Of a stretch of DNA of 64,000 nt, positions 63,130-64,000 are shown one piece after another. The notes below the pieces were generated by a model. That model was not told the DNA's origin. It ran no database searches and saw only the letters and a program-made list of their open reading frames with translations. The stretch's first letter is position 1. The number at the start of each line of letters is the position of its first letter. Source of the stretch: Haplodiscus bocki (taxonomy: Eukaryota); contig OZ296651.1 of assembly GCA_965655095.1 (NCBI GenBank), forward strand, positions 45,880,001-45,944,000, written 5' to 3'. A program made the translations under genes and the position numbers.

Positions 63130-63590
63130 GCTTTTATCTACGACTGTGGTAACTTGCATGGAGCAGTTAACGAAGTCAAGGTTCTTAAGACCCTCTCTTG
63201 TCAAGCGTAATTGGCTGACGAGTGCAATGCATGCATTTTATCTTTAGATTCAGTTAAGTTGTAAGTTTTGGCCTGTTATCTACGACTCTGGGACCATGCA
63301 TTGAGCAGTTAACCGAGTCAAGCTTCTTCGGGTCCTCTTTTTCAAGCATAATCTGCTGATGAAGTTTTCGCATGAATTTTAGCGTTTTATTCCAGACTCA
63401 GTAACTTGCATAATATAGCAACTGAGCGGAAGATCTTGATTGTCAGTTTTTTCCATAAATGGAATAAGCCTCGGATTTATTGGATGGCTCTGAACTGTTT
63501 TAGTTTTTTAATTTTCATCTGAGACTCAGTTACAACTTGCATTTCGCGGTTACTAAGTTTTCTCTCCTAGCTCCCCTTTGTCTCAGGCGC
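63130..63590. repeat. Diverged ~110-140 bp tandem repeat (3-4 copies)
   Basis: TATCTACGACTGTGGTAACTTGCATGGAGCAGTTAACGAAGTCAAG (63136) vs TATCTACGACTCTGGGACCATGCATTGAGCAGTTAACCGAGTCAAG (63276). Weaker AGACTCAGT(TAC)AACTTGCAT copies occur at ~63393 and ~63522. Confidence 0.7.
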
Positions 63591-63789
63591 GGTTTTTCCT
63601 TCGCTACGTTACTGAGAGGTTATCCATATTTTGTCATAGAATTTTCGAAAAACCAGTAGACTATCAATTTTGTGGATTTTTGGGGAAAATCGAAGAATTT
63701 GGCTGGCGAGATCAACTTTTCTTTAACCGATCGAGAGTTTAACTTAGGGATACGGAATTTGAGCGGAGCATTTCTGTGGGTTTTTAGTA

Positions 63790-64000
63790 GGGTGAAGCCC
63801 CTCCAAATTGTTCCGATTGTCCAGTTGGTGTGATAGGGGTGTTGATGACGAGGATTTGGAGCTGAGACAAGATTTGAGTTTGTCTTGAAATAAGTTCGAT
63901 GAATCGAGAAGGAATTGCGACTTCCGATGAATCCAGAAGGATTTGCGGCTCAAAGAAGATTGGATGTTGTTTTAGAATAATTTCAATGAATTGAAAAGGA
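63790..64000 (-). mobile_element. Decayed retrotransposon integrase core fragment
   Basis: The minus strand reads CCC TAT CAC (A) CCA ACT GGA CAA TCG GAA CAA TTT = PYH.PTGQSEQF, resembling PYHPQ.NGQ.ERF, preceded by ..SQF..SNLFQD. It contains a 28-bp tandem duplication at ~63897-63951. Confidence 0.4.

Overview
AT-rich eukaryotic (most likely invertebrate animal) DNA; no prokaryotic genes, rRNA, tRNA or CRISPR arrays are recognisable. Positions 1 to ~51,560 are a head-to-tail macrosatellite of 21 complete units plus a partial, decayed 22nd. The anchor CCATGTGCACTGTGCC occurs at 11, 2307, 4591, 6876, 9160, 11444, 13726, 16009, 18441, 20879, 23184, 25615, 28055, 30360, 32795, 35234, 37671, 40108, 42544, 44981, 47419 and 49857. 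The array is layered: short ~2.28-kb type A units, A/B recombinant units, a twice-repeated ~7.18-kb trimer higher-order repeat, homogeneous ~2.437-kb B3 units and a degenerate right edge. By eye the unit appears to be built from heavily decayed Ty3/Gypsy integrase fragments plus a tRNA-Lys PBS/LTR-end-like piece; this is inference. The short ORFs called in the array are repeat artefacts. The unique flank carries a clear internal exon of a LARP1 (La-related protein 1) homolog (52546-52834, +) and a probable next exon with a GC donor (60909-61241). Between and around these lie a MITE-like element, a diverged ~760-bp tandem duplication, a decayed Gypsy relic whose integrase region seems amplified as an old ~170-177-bp tandem repeat, and other decayed repeats. 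All alignments and motif calls were made by eye. I found no convincing intact novel gene system. The most interesting signals are the probable intronic position of a >51-kb retroelement-derived macrosatellite and its readable recombination history.
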